Shown: positions 34,301 to 48,651, counted from the first letter of the stretch. The stretch: 64,000 nucleotides of DNA from Geosiphon pyriformis uo1 (GCA_016748015.1 JAAOMT010000420.1:124001-188000); one strand, 5' to 3'. Made by a program: numbers and translations. The notes: generated from the sequence alone by a model not told the origin.

Positions 34301-36041
34301 TTTACAGTATCTGGTTCATGTCAAAGTCAATCTTTTGAATAATTTTCTGGCTGGTATGGTGCTCATTTTCTCTGGAAGTAATTTGTTCTTGGGTGGCTCT
34401 CTGACCAATGCTTTTTGTTATCAGAATAAAACCCCTATGTCTTGTGTTCTTGGTGAAACAACTTATTTTAAGTTTTTTTCTTTGCTTTGGCATTATGGAA
34501 TTGCCTTTGTAGACCAGCTGCTTGACCGAAGTGAGACTATTTTTGATTGAAAAACCTTCAAGTGGTGGAAGCAGTTGGACCTATGTGGTCCAGTTCTTGC
34601 CTAGTTTGAGTTTTCTGTTCAATTTCTTGGTGGTGCATCCTCTTTTTCTGTCTATTCCTTGTCTTTGGATGATAGCAGCTCTTCAAATATTCTTTGTTCT
34701 AGTGGGTTTAATGCTATTAGAACCAATTTGCTGTGTTTTGATGTTGATTGCCTTTCTGTTTATATGGATGGATTTTTGAGTGGCTTGGGGTCTGTTGATA
34801 TGAAAGCTGGGACTGCTGTTTTCTTTGAGAACATTGGTATAGGTTTGGGTGTAGAAGTTTCTGGTTTGATGTCTTCTACCTTGACAGAGTTGCAAGCCAT
34901 TGCTCTAGCTCTCAAGTATATCTCTCCTTTTTGCTCGATCAACTTGTTCTTGGACAGTTAAATGGCTTTGGATGCTTGCAAGTTGGAGCTAGATTTGGTT
35001 CACCCAGATTTTAGAAATCAGTGTTGGATTGAACGTTGCCACATTGTAAACGTCATTCATCGTAAGAATTTGAATATTAATTGGTATAAAGTCAAAGGTC
35101 ATTTGGGTGTTTTGGGCAATGAGTGTACAGATAAGTTGGCCAGAGCTGTGGCTCTTTCTAGCTGAAATTTGCCCTATTCTATCAATAAACACTATTTTAA
35201 GGTTGGTGGTGCTGCTATTTCTGGTAATTCTAAACATTTTGTTTAGGATGTTTTTTGATCAGTCTATCGTGCACATTGGGAAATTGGTTTTGGTTTGCAG
35301 GTGATGGTGAATAGTCTGTGTATGGATATTGATTGGTTTAAATCATTGCTGATATGGCATCTGGACTCTCACATGGCTGCTGGCTTCACTAGCAAGTGAA
35401 CTGCTGGTTTCCAGACATATTTTATGAAGGCATTACATCTTCAGCTTCCTGTTGCCATGTGTAAACAGTTTTATGATAAAAGTTACCCTAGTGTGATGCA
35501 TTTGTTTTGTGATGATGTTGAAGTCTTGGATCATGCTTTTTTTTGTTTATTTGATGCCAATAATCATGCTCATTTGTTGGACTTTCATGCATCAGCTTGG
35601 GGAGTGTGATCCAGTCTGGGTTGTTCTTTCTCAGTTGTCTCACAGCTGTTGCTCACTTGTTCATCTGACATTTTGGTCAGCATTGCTCTGTGCAAAAGTT
35701 TTGTTTTCAAGAATTGGTTTCATGAGTCTGTTTCTGTTTTCAAGGATTCCAAAGTAGTGAGTCAAAACATTGTGACCTTTGTGTGTGAGTTTAGTCATGC
35801 TTTTTGGGAAGACATTTGGTTGGTTCGTGCCAAACACCATGCTTTTATGGAAAAAAATGGACTTATTCCACATGATAGATCTGTTCCTGTCTTGATTTCT
35901 GGGCTTTTTTCAGTGCTGTCAGTGAGTGTGATTGGATTGCTGGATATTGCTAAGACAATTGGTATTGGTTTCAGTTTTCATAAGTCTTGTTTGTTTTTTT
36001 TAGGCATAAGTGATTAAGTTTCTGTTCATATAGATGTATAG
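31354..36041 (+). pseudogene. LINE-2 ORF2: AP endonuclease, RT (AFVDDT), RNase H, C-terminal CCHC-like motif
   Basis: WKIATCNIR/ETKL (EN); MRKAYDSVGW, AFVDDT, YLGIYL (RT); VYMDG...TELQAIALAL...KVKGH...GNECTDKLA (RNase H). Confidence 0.93.
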
Positions 36042-36155
36042 TGTTGTCTTGATTGGTCCGAGTAACTGGTCATGTGTAGAAAGTGCATGATTCACACCTA
36101 GTTTAGATCATTTGTATGATGTATTGCACTAGGCAGTGTTTGGATTTCACTCATT

Positions 36156-38310
36156 AAATAATTTAATTATTATTTAACATATTAAAATTTATAAAATAAT
36201 TATGAAAAAAACAAGTTACATAAAACTTGTTAATTTTATTAAAAAATTAGTTTATAACTAAAAAAAATTATTACAATTTTAAAAACAAAATATTTTATTA
36301 TTTTTATTATTATTATTATTATTATAAAATTTTAAAATATTAAAAAAAAATTATAGAAATTGTAACAAAATTAACAAAAACAAAATAATCAACACTATTT
36401 TTTATATTAATAACAATTATTTTACTATTTATTGTTATTTTCAAATTATTATTTACCAAAAGCATAATATTAAAACAATTATTAATTAATATATTAATAT
36501 TATAAATCTTAGTTTAAATTATAATTGATTTTTTGTAAATTTTTTAATTTAGATTACTTAATATTATTGTAATTATAATATAAGATTTTTTTTAAATTGT
36601 ACAGTAATTTTTATTTTTATTTTTTGTTGTATTGTTTATATAATGTATTTTTTTAAAAAAATTAATTTTGAATTTTATTTATTATCAAAATTTTTTTTAA
36701 AACTAATTTTATATTTGTTTAAAGTATTTTTTTAATTAAAACCATAAAATATTGAAAAAATTTTTAGCATTTTTATTAATTAATAATAATATAAATAATT
36801 TTATCTAAATATTATTTGTTTAGAATCTTAATAAATAGATAATAGTTTATTTAAATTAAAAATATGAATAATTTTATATTAATAAATCGTTTTTTATAAA
36901 ATTAATTTTTTATTAATTTTTTAATTATTATTAAGTTATTAAATATTAAATTTGAATTTTTAATTTTTTTTTAATATTAAATTACTATATATATATATAT
37001 AATTTTACTTTTTAAGATAATATATTATAATATATTATTTTTGTATTTTAAAGTAATATTTATTATTTTTATTAATTAATATTTGTTGTTATGTAAATTT
37101 TTTTCTTTTTAAAATTATTTATTATGTTATTTTATAATTGATTAATTTATTATAACTATTTATAATTTTGCTAATTTTTAATTAATAATACTAATTAACA
37201 AAAATAATTTTAACAATTAATTAATTTAATTATATAGTATTGTCTTAATTGATTAGGTAACTAATTATATATAAAAAACATATAATTATATTTAATTTAG
37301 AATTTTAGATAATTGTATTATATTAAATAATATATAAACTTTATTTATAAAAAAAATTATATAACAATAATTATTATAAAAAATATTTTTTTGTAATAAA
37401 TATTATAGTATAATAATAACAAAAACTATTTAAAAATATTAAAAAAATTATCTTTTATATTTATTATTTTTTAGTATTATTAAAGATTTTAATTATTTTT
37501 TAAGATATTATTAATATTATTTTGTTATTAATTTTATTATTAATAAAACTTAATAAACTTTTAATAAGCTAATTTATTTTTAAAATATTTTTTTATATTT
37601 TGAATTATTGTTGTTATTGAATTTATAACAAAATAGCCAATTTTATGTTAATTATTTATATAGTTATTTTGTAATAAAAGTTAATTTTTTTATAAAAATT
37701 TTTGTCTATAAACTTTTTAATAATATGTAATTATTTTACTGTGAAAGTTAATTTTTTACAAAAAATTTTGATTATAAACTATTTAGTAATATAAAAAAAT
37801 TTAAATAAAAAAAATTGTAAAAAAAATATTTTTAATTGAAATTAACCAAATAATTATAAAAAAAGTTTTTTGTTTTTAAAATAAATTTTATTTAATTATA
37901 TTTGTTATAATTAAATTAATTGGTTTAAACTAAAATATATTTTTCAAAAAAAATGTTTTTTTTTTATATAATATTATTTTATAATTTAAAACTTATTTTT
38001 TGCTAATATTTTAATAAATTAAAGATATATTTTAATAAATTAAAAGTTATTTATATAAATCATTAATTTTTTTAATAACTGTTAAATATTTTATTAAGTT
38101 TTTAAATATTTTGGTGAATTTTTAAATATAATATAATTATTAATTAAATAATAATATTTTATAATTTGATAAAATACTAAGTAATAAATTAAAATAATAA
38201 TATATGTTAATTAATAATAAAAATTATAAAAATAATTTTATGCTAATTAATAATTCAAATTTTTATTAGTAATATTAGTTTTTATTTTTATTTTTTAATT
38301 TTATTTAATT
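36156..38310. other. Extremely AT-rich spacer between tail-to-tail LINEs
   Basis: About 2.1 kb nearly devoid of G/C, with no ORFs in the track. Confidence 0.85.
37233..37356 (+). mobile_element. Fossil, AT-eroded LINE 3' UTR with A tail
   Basis: tatagtattgtcttaattgatt...tttaatttag aligns to tatagtgttgtcttgattggtc...cctagtttag with mostly C>T/G>A changes. Confidence 0.7.
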
Positions 38311-41300
38311 TAACGAATGAGATCCAAATGTGACTTAATACTATACATTATTTAAATGATCTAAACTAGGAGTGAATCATGCACTTTCTACACATGACCA
38401 GCCACTCAGGCCAGTTAAGACAACACTACATGCCTATATGCACAGAGACCATATCCCCAACATCTGAAAAAAATAAACAAGACCAATGAAACCCAAAACT
38501 AACTCTAAAAGTTTTAGTCACACCCAGCAACCTAATCATACCAGTCGAGAATCTCATAGACAAACCAGAGATTGGCACAAGAATAGAACCATCACAAGAA
38601 ATCAAACCACACTTTTCCATAAAGGACTAATGCTTAACACGGACCAATTAGACATCCTCCCAAAATGTGAGACAAAAGCCACACACAAAATCCACAATTT
38701 TTTTAGCCCTAATCTTAGGATCATTAAAAACTGAGACAGACTCATAACACCAATTATGAAAAACAAAGTCCTTACACAGAGCAACGCCAACCCCTACCTT
38801 GAAGACACAAGAAGCTAACAACTGCAAAACACATAAAAAAGAGCAAGACAAACCAGAAAGAGCCTTCTAAGCCAAAGCATGAGAGGTCAACAAATGAGCA
38901 CAAACATCGAAGTCATGAGAACAAGAAAAGACATGGTCTGAGATCTCAACATTATCACAGTATAAACACACCACACTGGGGTAACTTCTATCATACAAAT
39001 GCTTGTGCACAGCAACCGGGAGCTGATGATGGAGGGCTTTCATAAAGTATGTATAAGAGCCAGTCATATGTATACTAGTAAAACCAGTGGCCAAATAAAA
39101 ATTAGGGTGTCACACCAGAGAGGACTTGTACCAATCAATGTCAGCATGCAAACTATCCACCACAACCTGAGATCCAGACCCAACTTCCCATCGAGCACAA
39201 TGAACAGAACAGAAAATGTCATGTACAAAGTATCTAGAATTTCCAGAAACCGTGATATCATCAGCATTCAGAAAGCATTCATTGACCAAATAAGACAAAT
39301 CTCAGGCAGAGGCAGCAGCATCCTTGGCAAGTGCATCAGCACACACATTGCTTGAGATGTCTGAATGACCCTTAACTTTAATCCAATTTACATCCAAATT
39401 TTTTCGATAAATGACATTAACAATATGATAATGCTTAATTCAGCAATAGTTCCTAAAATCCGAACAAACCAGCAAAGACTCTGACATGCATGTATTCAAA
39501 GCCATTTGGCTGTCAGAGAACAAGTCAACTAAATGAAAAGAAGGAACACACTCAAGAGCCAAAGCAATGGTTTGCAATTCTGTCAAAGTAGAAGAAACCA
39601 AACCAAACATCTCTATACTTAAACTCATGTCAATGTCCTCAAAAAAAATGGCAGCACCTGCTTTCATGTCAACAGTGCCCAGACCACACAGAGACTCATC
39701 CATATACACAGAAAGGCGAGTGGCATCAACTGTTAGCAGAGTGTCATAAACCATACCAAAACCATGAGATTGACAAACATTAGAATCAGCTTAATTATTC
39801 AAAACTAAAGAATTGATAGAAGGAGGAGCAACTTTACCAAGAAAGTGAATGGATAGATCAAACCAGAAGGGGACTGGGCCATGAGAGTCTAGCCTCTTCC
39901 AATGCTTGAAGGTACCCCAATTGAAAATATTACCATGATGGTCACAAAGCTGTTCCATGAAAGCAATTCCATAATGCTTAAGCAAAGAGACATACTTAAA
40001 AAAAAGAGGTTTACCAAGAACAAGAGACATAGGAGTACCATCCTGACAGCAAAACACACACATCAGAGAGCCACTCAAAGATAAACCACACCCAGAAAAA
40101 ATGCAAACCACACCTGTCAAAAAATTATTTGAGAGGCTAACACCAACACGAGCCAGAAACAATAAAGAATAATAAGGCTGCCAGCTGAGAACCTGAAGAT
40201 TATGAGACCTATAAAAAAATAAGTGGCCCAAAATGCCAACAGAATTTGCAAAAGCAACAACGGAAGCTGATTTGTCCTTAGCTTGAACCTGTTTAAAAGT
40301 TTTTAAATTGTACAAATAAAGATGATAAAGTGCATCATTGGAGAAGTCATGTAGTAGACCAGACTTTGACTTCAAGACCTTGTGTACAAGAGCATTCCAT
40401 TTATTACACACTAAGAGGAACAAAACTGAACTGAGTTCTGTAGCTGATAATAAGAAAAAGAACCACAGATACCAAATATGCACACTGTTTGTCTAAAATC
40501 GCCTTCCTTAAAACCAGATTTACAAAAAACCATACATTCAACTGAGTTTTAGCCAAGCTAGGCTTTGAAAGACCCTCAGAAAACAAAAAAATACCCAGAT
40601 AGTGATGAGATTCTCTTTTTTTGACAATGGAAATAGACAAGCCACTAATAGTCAAAAAAGATGTGGCAACCCAGCAGTTGATAGGAATGGCCACAGTCTT
40701 ATTATTGTTGATTGAAATGTTATTTAACCTGAAAAATTCACTAGCAACATTGAGAATATGTTGTGTAGCAGCCTGGCTGCTACCTACTCATATAGTATCA
40801 TTTACAAAAGCACCAGCAATAAAAAAAAAAAAAAGTCCGGTCTGAGATTCAATGCGACTGCTCTCAAAAACAAAATGGGAAATGAGTCTGTATCCATACA
40901 CACTTTCTTGGTGCTTAACTTCACACAAAAGAGAATCATAAAATATGTGCCACAGAAGAGAAAAAAAAACTTCACTTTGGTCCAGTTCATCATGCACCTG
41001 ATAACTATTGGTCAAACCAAAATCTGTCATAACTCAGTTGGTCTGGTCCTTGTGAATGCTACCAAAAAAATAAACAAATTTGCCACACATCTTGATTTTC
41101 AAAAGGCACTTCTCAAAATGCTCCCAGCCAACCAAATCATATGCTTTCTGCATGTTCTGCAGAACAAGTCAGAGTTCCCAGTCCTTTTCCAAAGCATCCT
41201 TGATTACCAAGCCAATCACAAAAATAGGCGACTGAGTCATTGTACCTCTTAAAACCAAAAAGTTGTCACTATGTAAAACATCATGAGTACTGCAAGCCAG

Positions 41301-43734
41301 TGAAATCCTATCCGAAAAAATCTTGGAGAGAATCTTGCAAGCCATTTTGATCAAGGCAATAGGACAAGTGTTCATTAGAACACTTTCCCACTCATAAGAC
41401 TTGGGAATCATTAAGACCCAAGTCTTCTTTCAAGGGCTAGGCACAAATTCAACAAACAAGTAAGAATTCAAAAACACTAAAAGCATATTAAGAACCGAAA
41501 TGTCACAATTTTTCCATAATTTGTTTGAAATACCCAAGAGACCAGCAGCTTTGCCATTAGGCAAGTCAGAGACAACCTTAAACAATTCATTATAATCAAT
41601 CAAGTCTATCATGCCAAAAAAAGCATCATCATACACATAATTCAAAGGTTGATACTGTCAAGACCAGTCGTTAGGAACATCAAGAACCACTCTGCACTTT
41701 CTAGTTCAGCCCTCTATTATCTCATCCACCTTAGATCTCACTGGAGCTGGTTCCAAAATCAGCTTATTATCAACCACTAAATAATCCAAAACAACCTTGT
41801 AAAAAAGACGCTCCAAAACACTCTAAATAGTATGGCTCTTGTCCAACTCAAAGCTTTCTATCCTCTTGTCAATTGCCATTTTGATCTGGGACTCTTGAAT
41901 ACGGTTTGATTCTAAGAGTTTAGATAAACGATATAATTTCCTAATCTTGGCCAAGACTGAATGGATGGTATCAAAATGAGAACCCGAAAGAAACAAAGAC
42001 TTAATGACAAAGGCATTGACAGAGTCAAGACCACACCACACATCAAGCAAAGACACAAATTTTTCGTGAGCAACCAGACAAGAGGTCTTAACAATCTTTG
42101 ACACCAAAAGTTCCAATTTGTGAAACCTGGAAGACACTTTATTGAAGACTTCATCATAGCCCTTGAACTATTTCTTCTTGAAAACAGACTCAGCTGACAA
42201 ACACATCACTTGGCAAAAAGCATATCACATTGCGTCCAAATCTGAACCTTCCACAGCAGCAAAAAACTCATCACTAAACATGACAGCATTCATCACTGTT
42301 TCCTCCCTAAACTTAATTCATTTAGTATCATCAACACCCCTGTAATTGTACTTCCAATGATTCTTATTTGCTTGCTTGTGCAGTGAGAACAAGTGAATAT
42401 CCAAAAGACTCCTAACACCCATGGAAACAGAAACAGCCCTATGATCAGTATCAAAATAATCCCCAACATCGACCACTCCACAATCCAATATTACATTGAC
42501 CAGATTTGAAGAGATGAACACATAGTCAATAGTCTTAGAAACACCTCGAGAATTGTTTTATATTGCTTTCTTCCCAGACGCACTTCCACTCAAGGAATTG
42601 ACCAAACCAAGATTGAAACATTTTTTGAAGCTAGCACACTTGTGAGAGCCATCTTCATTAAAATCTCCACCCAAGATAGTGAAAGAGAATTCATTCACAG
42701 CCTTTGCAATCATAGAATTAATATTGCTTGTCTGAGAAAAATGTATTGCCAGAGATGCTCTAGTATACAGCCCCAAAATCGATACAGAAAGTTTATTTTT
42801 GAAGAGTAACTTGATAGAAAGAAGCTGGCCAAGAATGTCCAAAACTTTACACACATGCTAAGCCAAAGAATTGTTCATGATAATCGCAACCCCAGAATCC
42901 AAGTAACCAGCATCCATATCTGAAGTGAAAACTTGGACACTGCCAAACTTGTTTATGATCCACAGACGGGTTTTACCTTTTAGTTTAGTTTTAGTAACAA
43001 TTATAACCAAATTGTCTATCTTTCTATGCCAATGAACAATATCATCCTGTTTTGCAGGATTGTTCATGTCTCTAATATTACAAGTAGCAATTTTCCAAAT
43101 AAAACCATTCATTGGGAAGGAAGTTGTGGAAACATACCACCAGTCAGAACCAAACTGTCAAAACAAGCAGACAAGCTCAGCACTAAAGCAGCAAGACCTT
43201 CCAACATATTTTTTAACTTAGCAACATAGGGAAACACAGACAAGTCCTTTATTGAAGCAGTAACAGTCCTATCACTGGTGGTTTCACTCGAACCCACTCT
43301 CATCACTATATCCTCCCCTTGATTCTGCAATGGGGGGGTCACTAGCAGCTGACATTCAAGGCTAGGCTGGGGAACTGCTGGCACAAGTGAATCCAACTTC
43401 TTAGCCAACTCATTAATTTGTTCTGCAAGATTGATGAGACTGCTCTCAATATTCACCAAATGTGTATCCAAATCCTTCGCAACAGGAAAGAGAGGTTTAC
43501 CAACTTTGTTGAAACCAAGAAGCAAAGCAGTCCCATGAGGATTGTGTACAGAAGGAACACCAACTACTGACATCCAAGTCTTACTACTGAAGGCCAATGG
43601 ATGAGAAATGAGCACAGATTTTTTTGCATAGATAGTTGCCAATCTGACTTGATCCTGAGCAGAAAGAGGAGTTTTTCTGCCCTTTGGGGTTGAACCAATC
43701 TTAACTAAAACACAATTGAAAGATATATGACCAG
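38311..43734 (-). mobile_element. LINE-3: 3' UTR, ORF2 (38426-43112) and 3' part of ORF1 (43109-43734), interrupted by element D
   Basis: EN (MNGFIWKIATCN, GGDFNE), RT (AFVNDT) and RNase H fragments in the track; D inserts in the ORF1 zinc knuckle. Confidence 0.93.
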
Positions 43735-44502
43735 TGTTACTTATAGAATATAGGAAGTATAGTATTATTAGTCAGTAGATATTAGCCAATCAGAAGTAAA
43801 CACAGTAAATATGGAATTCCAGGATTCCTCTCATCAAGAATTGCAGGATTCCAGGAATTCCAGAATTTCTGTTACAAGGAATTGAAGAATTGAGGAATCT
43901 CAAATATGTATATATAATAGTAGTATTAGAAGCAGAAAAGACAGAATCAATATGACAGAATCCTTAGCCTAGAAACACAATCATCTAATAAATAATTATT
44001 TTATACTACCAAACCTCTTTCTATTATTAACATCTTATGTTGATAATCATCCATACTTAACCCCACTAGAATAATAGCTCTTGATCATGGCTATTGACGG
44101 GATACTAATCTACCAATCACCTTGGCTTATTTCTTTATATTTCTTTATTTTTTTTATTTTCTGTGATTTTGTTATTGTGTACTAACCAATTGATTAAAAG
44201 TGCTGATTACTAACATCAAGGATTGTCTGGTAAAAGACCCCTGCAAGTGAGTAAAACACATATAGAAGATATGGATTACTTACCAGAAGATTGCTGGCCA
44301 CTAAGCCGAGAAAAAAATTGACAGACTTATGAATCTGAGAAGCTACAGATAAACAACTATTGAATCTCTGTCCATTATACAAAGAACTCAATTGGAAAAC
44401 CTTCAAATAAAATACCTTCAGATTATTATCTTCACCAATTACCTTGAGCACCAAGTTACAGATTTGTTATTTTATCAACACTCCAAATAATCACCTGTAA
44501 TA
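43735..44502 (+). repeat. 5' LTR of D
   Basis: Family-1 LTR followed by PBS TGGTGCTCCTTGTGAGG at 44505. Confidence 0.93.
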
Positions 44503-44567
44503 TTTGGTGCTCCTTGTGAGGTATAATCCTACAGAGAATCAACACCAGCAATAAACCATCTGAAACA

Positions 44568-46982
44568 GTGGCAGAATCAGAAAAAACAGAAACAAACCAC
44601 TTAAGATTTGCAAAATCTCTATTTCAACATTACAAAAACCATCTGGAATTAACAGATAATAATTGGCCAACAGAATCAGTTTTCAATTGTTACGTCAACA
44701 AAAGAATCACATAATACCTAGGAGAACAAGAAGATCCAGAATCCGCATTCAACAATTTCTTCAATGAATTACTTTAGAATACCACCTTTCCACAGAACTA
44801 CTTTTTTGCACCACTAATCACTGAAATAAATAAGGAAATTGAAAAATACCAAACAAAAATTCCTTATCACATTTGCAGACAAAGGAAAAAAAAAATTACA
44901 GACACTAGCAGAAACACCAAAACAAATACAATCACCTACTTGAAAGAAACCAAGAGTCAATTCACCAATCAACCCATCATACTACCATACACCTGGGAGT
45001 ATTAATATAGCATCAGCTGGCATGTCCACGTTCAATGCAAGAACACCACTAGCCAGAGTTCTATTCCAAAATAAACAAGAGAAAACTAAACTGCTAGGGA
45101 CCTATGGCGCCTATTTTGAGGGATTCAATTCACATCCAAATATGCCATCAGAATGCCGATTACCATTGTCTCAACCCAATTTCAGAGTTACCAGTCCTTG
45201 GGAAATCACCAAATCTGAGGAAGAAGAAAACAGTGATTAGGAATTAAATAATAAGGATCTGATCCAAGGAAATCTCGTAAATTAGACTCCAATTGTTCAG
45301 GCTCAGCAAAACCTGAACAATCCAAATCCTGCCTCTATTATTCAACAGAACTTACCTCCTGAGATCGCAATCAATCCGGTACCAGTTGCTCCAATAGTAG
45401 TCCAGCAATTACTACAACCACCACATCAACAGCAGCCAATCATAGCACCAATGGCCTATGCACTCATCACCAAATTAGAAAAATTCACTGGCAAAGAGGA
45501 TAATGCCCAAGCTTGGATCAATAACGTTGCCAAAGCAATCACAGCAAATAATTGGGATGATGCAAAAGCCCTTCAAGCGATCCCCTACTTTCTCCAGGAT
45601 ACTGCCGATTCGTGATATCAGAGTCTAGCCACACAACCACAAACATTTCAGGAATTTAAGATGGAATTCCTGAGGTACTTTAGCAATAATAATAGCATCA
45701 ACTGCTTAGCAAATACCTTTATGACTATTAAACAAAGAGAAACTGAGGCAGTCACTACCTACCTAGGATGCTTCCATCGAAATCTGCACCAGATCCAAGC
45801 TATTGACGCCAATTATTTTACAGTGGCCCAAATATTAAATCAGTTTATTCATGGGCTACGCAGCAGCATTCTGCAATACATATAGCCATTACATCCAGCC
45901 ACCCTTTAAGACGCAGTCACCCATGCCAGAGATTTCAATTCTGCAGAATTAGAAGCTAATCACATTCAAGCTGTAAATCTAGTGATGAACAAATCATCTG
46001 ACTTGAATTCCAAATTGAAGCAATTTAGTGATTCAATCAATCAAAAATTGGAAGGATACTTAGCTGACAATCATGCCATTTATCAGCCCCCACAATGACG
46101 TAGTAATCAAGGAACCTCTTATTGATCTCTGAATCAGACATGCCCATTCTCATTAACCGATTAATGATGGCAACAAGAGATATGTAATTGCCACTACTGT
46201 GGTAGACAAGGACACTTACAAGCCAATTGTCGCCAATGCTTAAATACCCAGTAATTGGGAAATCAATATAGAAACCCTGATTGGCAGAATCAAACCCCAA
46301 ATTATTACAACAATCAGGAACAATATCAACCAACTTACCTGCCCTTGATGCAATTATTAATTTATCAACCATCAGTATATTAACCTCCAGTTTATCCACC
46401 GCAGCCATAGGTGATTTATCAGCTGCAGCCTCAGGTAATTTATCAGTCCCAAATCCAAACACCATCCCAAAACTCAGCTACTATGACATCAGAAAACCCA
46501 AGACCCAGAATTACACAAAACTGGAGATTGGCAATAGTTGTTCACCAGCTGATCCCCAATACAACAGCCCAACAATCAGGATCTTGCCAGTGGAATTTGG
46601 GTACCAGTCACACCCAAAACCTGAATTCCCAACACTATTTAAGTTTCCTGGTTACTTCAGAAGACACCATCTCCAACAATTCAGGACCCAACCAACAACA
46701 AACACTTACCAGCAACATTCCACCAGCAACAATCTCCAATGACAAATCACTAGCAGCCATATTTTTTTTCAAGCTCGAAGAAGCCACGCCAGTCCCATTA
46801 TTCAGTGGAGCCACTCTTGACACTAAGCCAATCACTGCCATGTACATTGATGCCAAAGTTGATAGTCACTTCATCAAACTGATTCTAGACAGTGGTTTAG
46901 CAGGCAGCATCATTACATGACAACTCATGGATCAATTAGGTCACCAAGTTGACTGAGCTGCCAGTGCCAGAATTATTACCAC
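44568..46982 (+). pseudogene. D gag and N-terminal half of protease
   Basis: Track ORFs starting at 45022, 45661 and 46411 (…LILDSGLAGSII). Confidence 0.9.
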
Positions 46983-47963
46983 TGTTATCGGAGGTTTTTG
47001 GTCTCTTCGTAGCTCTTGTATATTTGTTGTAATGCTATTAATTCATGACTATAGGAAGTGTTTGAACCTCTGATAACTGAATTTTTATCTTCAAATTATC
47101 TCCTATAATTTGAACTGCTGGGCTTATAAGTAGAATGGCCAATTCTATGCCAGTTACTTTGTATAGTTACGTTGTAGTAAATGTCAACTTTTTCTCAGGA
47201 ATTGCTCGTCTAGAAGCTCACTAAAAATGTGTAGTTACTTTGCTGTAAAAGTCAACTCTTCTACAGGAATCTTGTCTGTAGGCTACCTTAATAATTGTAA
47301 TAAGAAAAAAAAAGAAAAATAAAAGAAATGTAAAAGAAATAGAATTCTGTCAAGGGAAACGTTTTCTATCCAGGTCTGGAGTCACTAACAGTTTACTAAA
47401 ATTGGTAGCTAATCAATTTCGAAATGTTAGTTGGGTTTTGGGGATTTTCCAAGTACAATAATTAAAAAATTTGGTTTTTTAAATTATTTGATATTTATTT
47501 CTTTTTGTGTGTATAAGAACAGTTTTTAAGAGATAAATCTAAAGTAAGATACATTTTCTCAAAGAAAGAAGCTCTTCTTTTATACAACTTGTTGTAACAC
47601 TATTCTATGAACTTGAACTTTGCTCTTTTCTACAATTTTGCTAAACTAAAGATACATTTCAGTAAACTACAAGTTGTTTCTGCAAACTTATTAGATATTT
47701 CAGTGAACTATCAATTATTTCGGCAAATTTCTACAAATCTCAAACTTTTGAATATTACATATTTCAGGGTATTGCATGATTGATTATCGCACTTAGGTTA
47801 TGTTTGTGTTATGTACAAATTGGGTTATTAATTAATTGGTAATATTTGATAATTTAATTGAATACTAATTGATGATTTTGAAACGATAATATATGCTAAT
47901 TAATGATAAGAATTATAAGAGTAATTTCATGTTAATTAATATCTCAAATTTCAGTTGGTAACA
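46983..47963 (-). repeat. 3' LTR of E
   Basis: Direct repeat of 56794-57777. Confidence 0.96.
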
Positions 47964-48651
47964 TAACCTCCTCCTCAAGACTAAGCTCCGTTGAAGTCCA
48001 AGTACTGTCTGTAATTTCCAGATAGTAATCCAAGATTATTGAAGAAATTTGGTCTGAGAATTTTTGAAATTCCAGTTCTGTGAGCTTTTCAATGTATTGA
48101 ATCTTTAAGGGTTGTAAAATTGGGTTTTGTAGGACATTTTCACAAGTGTGAAATAGGTCATAAAGCCTAAGAGCAGCTCTTAGTTTATAGTGACTGTTTG
48201 TAGGTCCAGCTGTTGTTTTGAATTCGTTGTGGATTTGTTTCTGAATAGCTTCTTTTGTGAGATTTGCTGCTGTAAGCTCTTGTTTTCATTCGTGAAGTGT
48301 TTTTCTAATGTAAAAATATCTATATATTGGGGGGTATTTGCTGTTTTCTTTATTAAGACACAGTTGAAGTTTTTGTTGAATAGTAGCATTTGGTGGAATA
48401 CTAATAGGGGTGAGCAATAAGTTTTCCCTTAAAGCAAGCTTCAAAAGTTCTGGTAAATGAATTTCAGAATAACTTCTTGTGTTCTTTTTGTAGGGGTAAT
48501 AATTTCGTGAATTTGGGGCTAAATTGGCAATTATTTCTGTTTGGGTATAATTAATGTGTTTTCCTGTAATAGTAATAAATAATTTGGGTATTGTCTTTAG
48601 AGCTAGCATTAATTTTTGAGATATTTGTTGAATATTTTGAGGAATAGTCAT
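47944..48651 (-). pseudogene. ORF3 of E (runs through the PPT into the LTR)
   Basis: Track ORF 48286-48651 continues past one stop to ...LRAALRLYDLF...EEEVMLPTEI*. Confidence 0.78.

Larger units (their letters stand above)
29270..36155 (+). mobile_element. Full-length LINE-2 (non-LTR retrotransposon with RNase H)
   Basis: 5' UTR, ORF1, ORF2 and a ~115-nt 3' UTR, colinear with LINE-1 and LINE-3. Confidence 0.95.

Noticed and set aside
47357-47565. ~200-bp identical stretch between E's LTRs, suggesting gene conversion
   Set aside because: The region is AT-rich with fewer mutable sites, and significance cannot be shown without a test.
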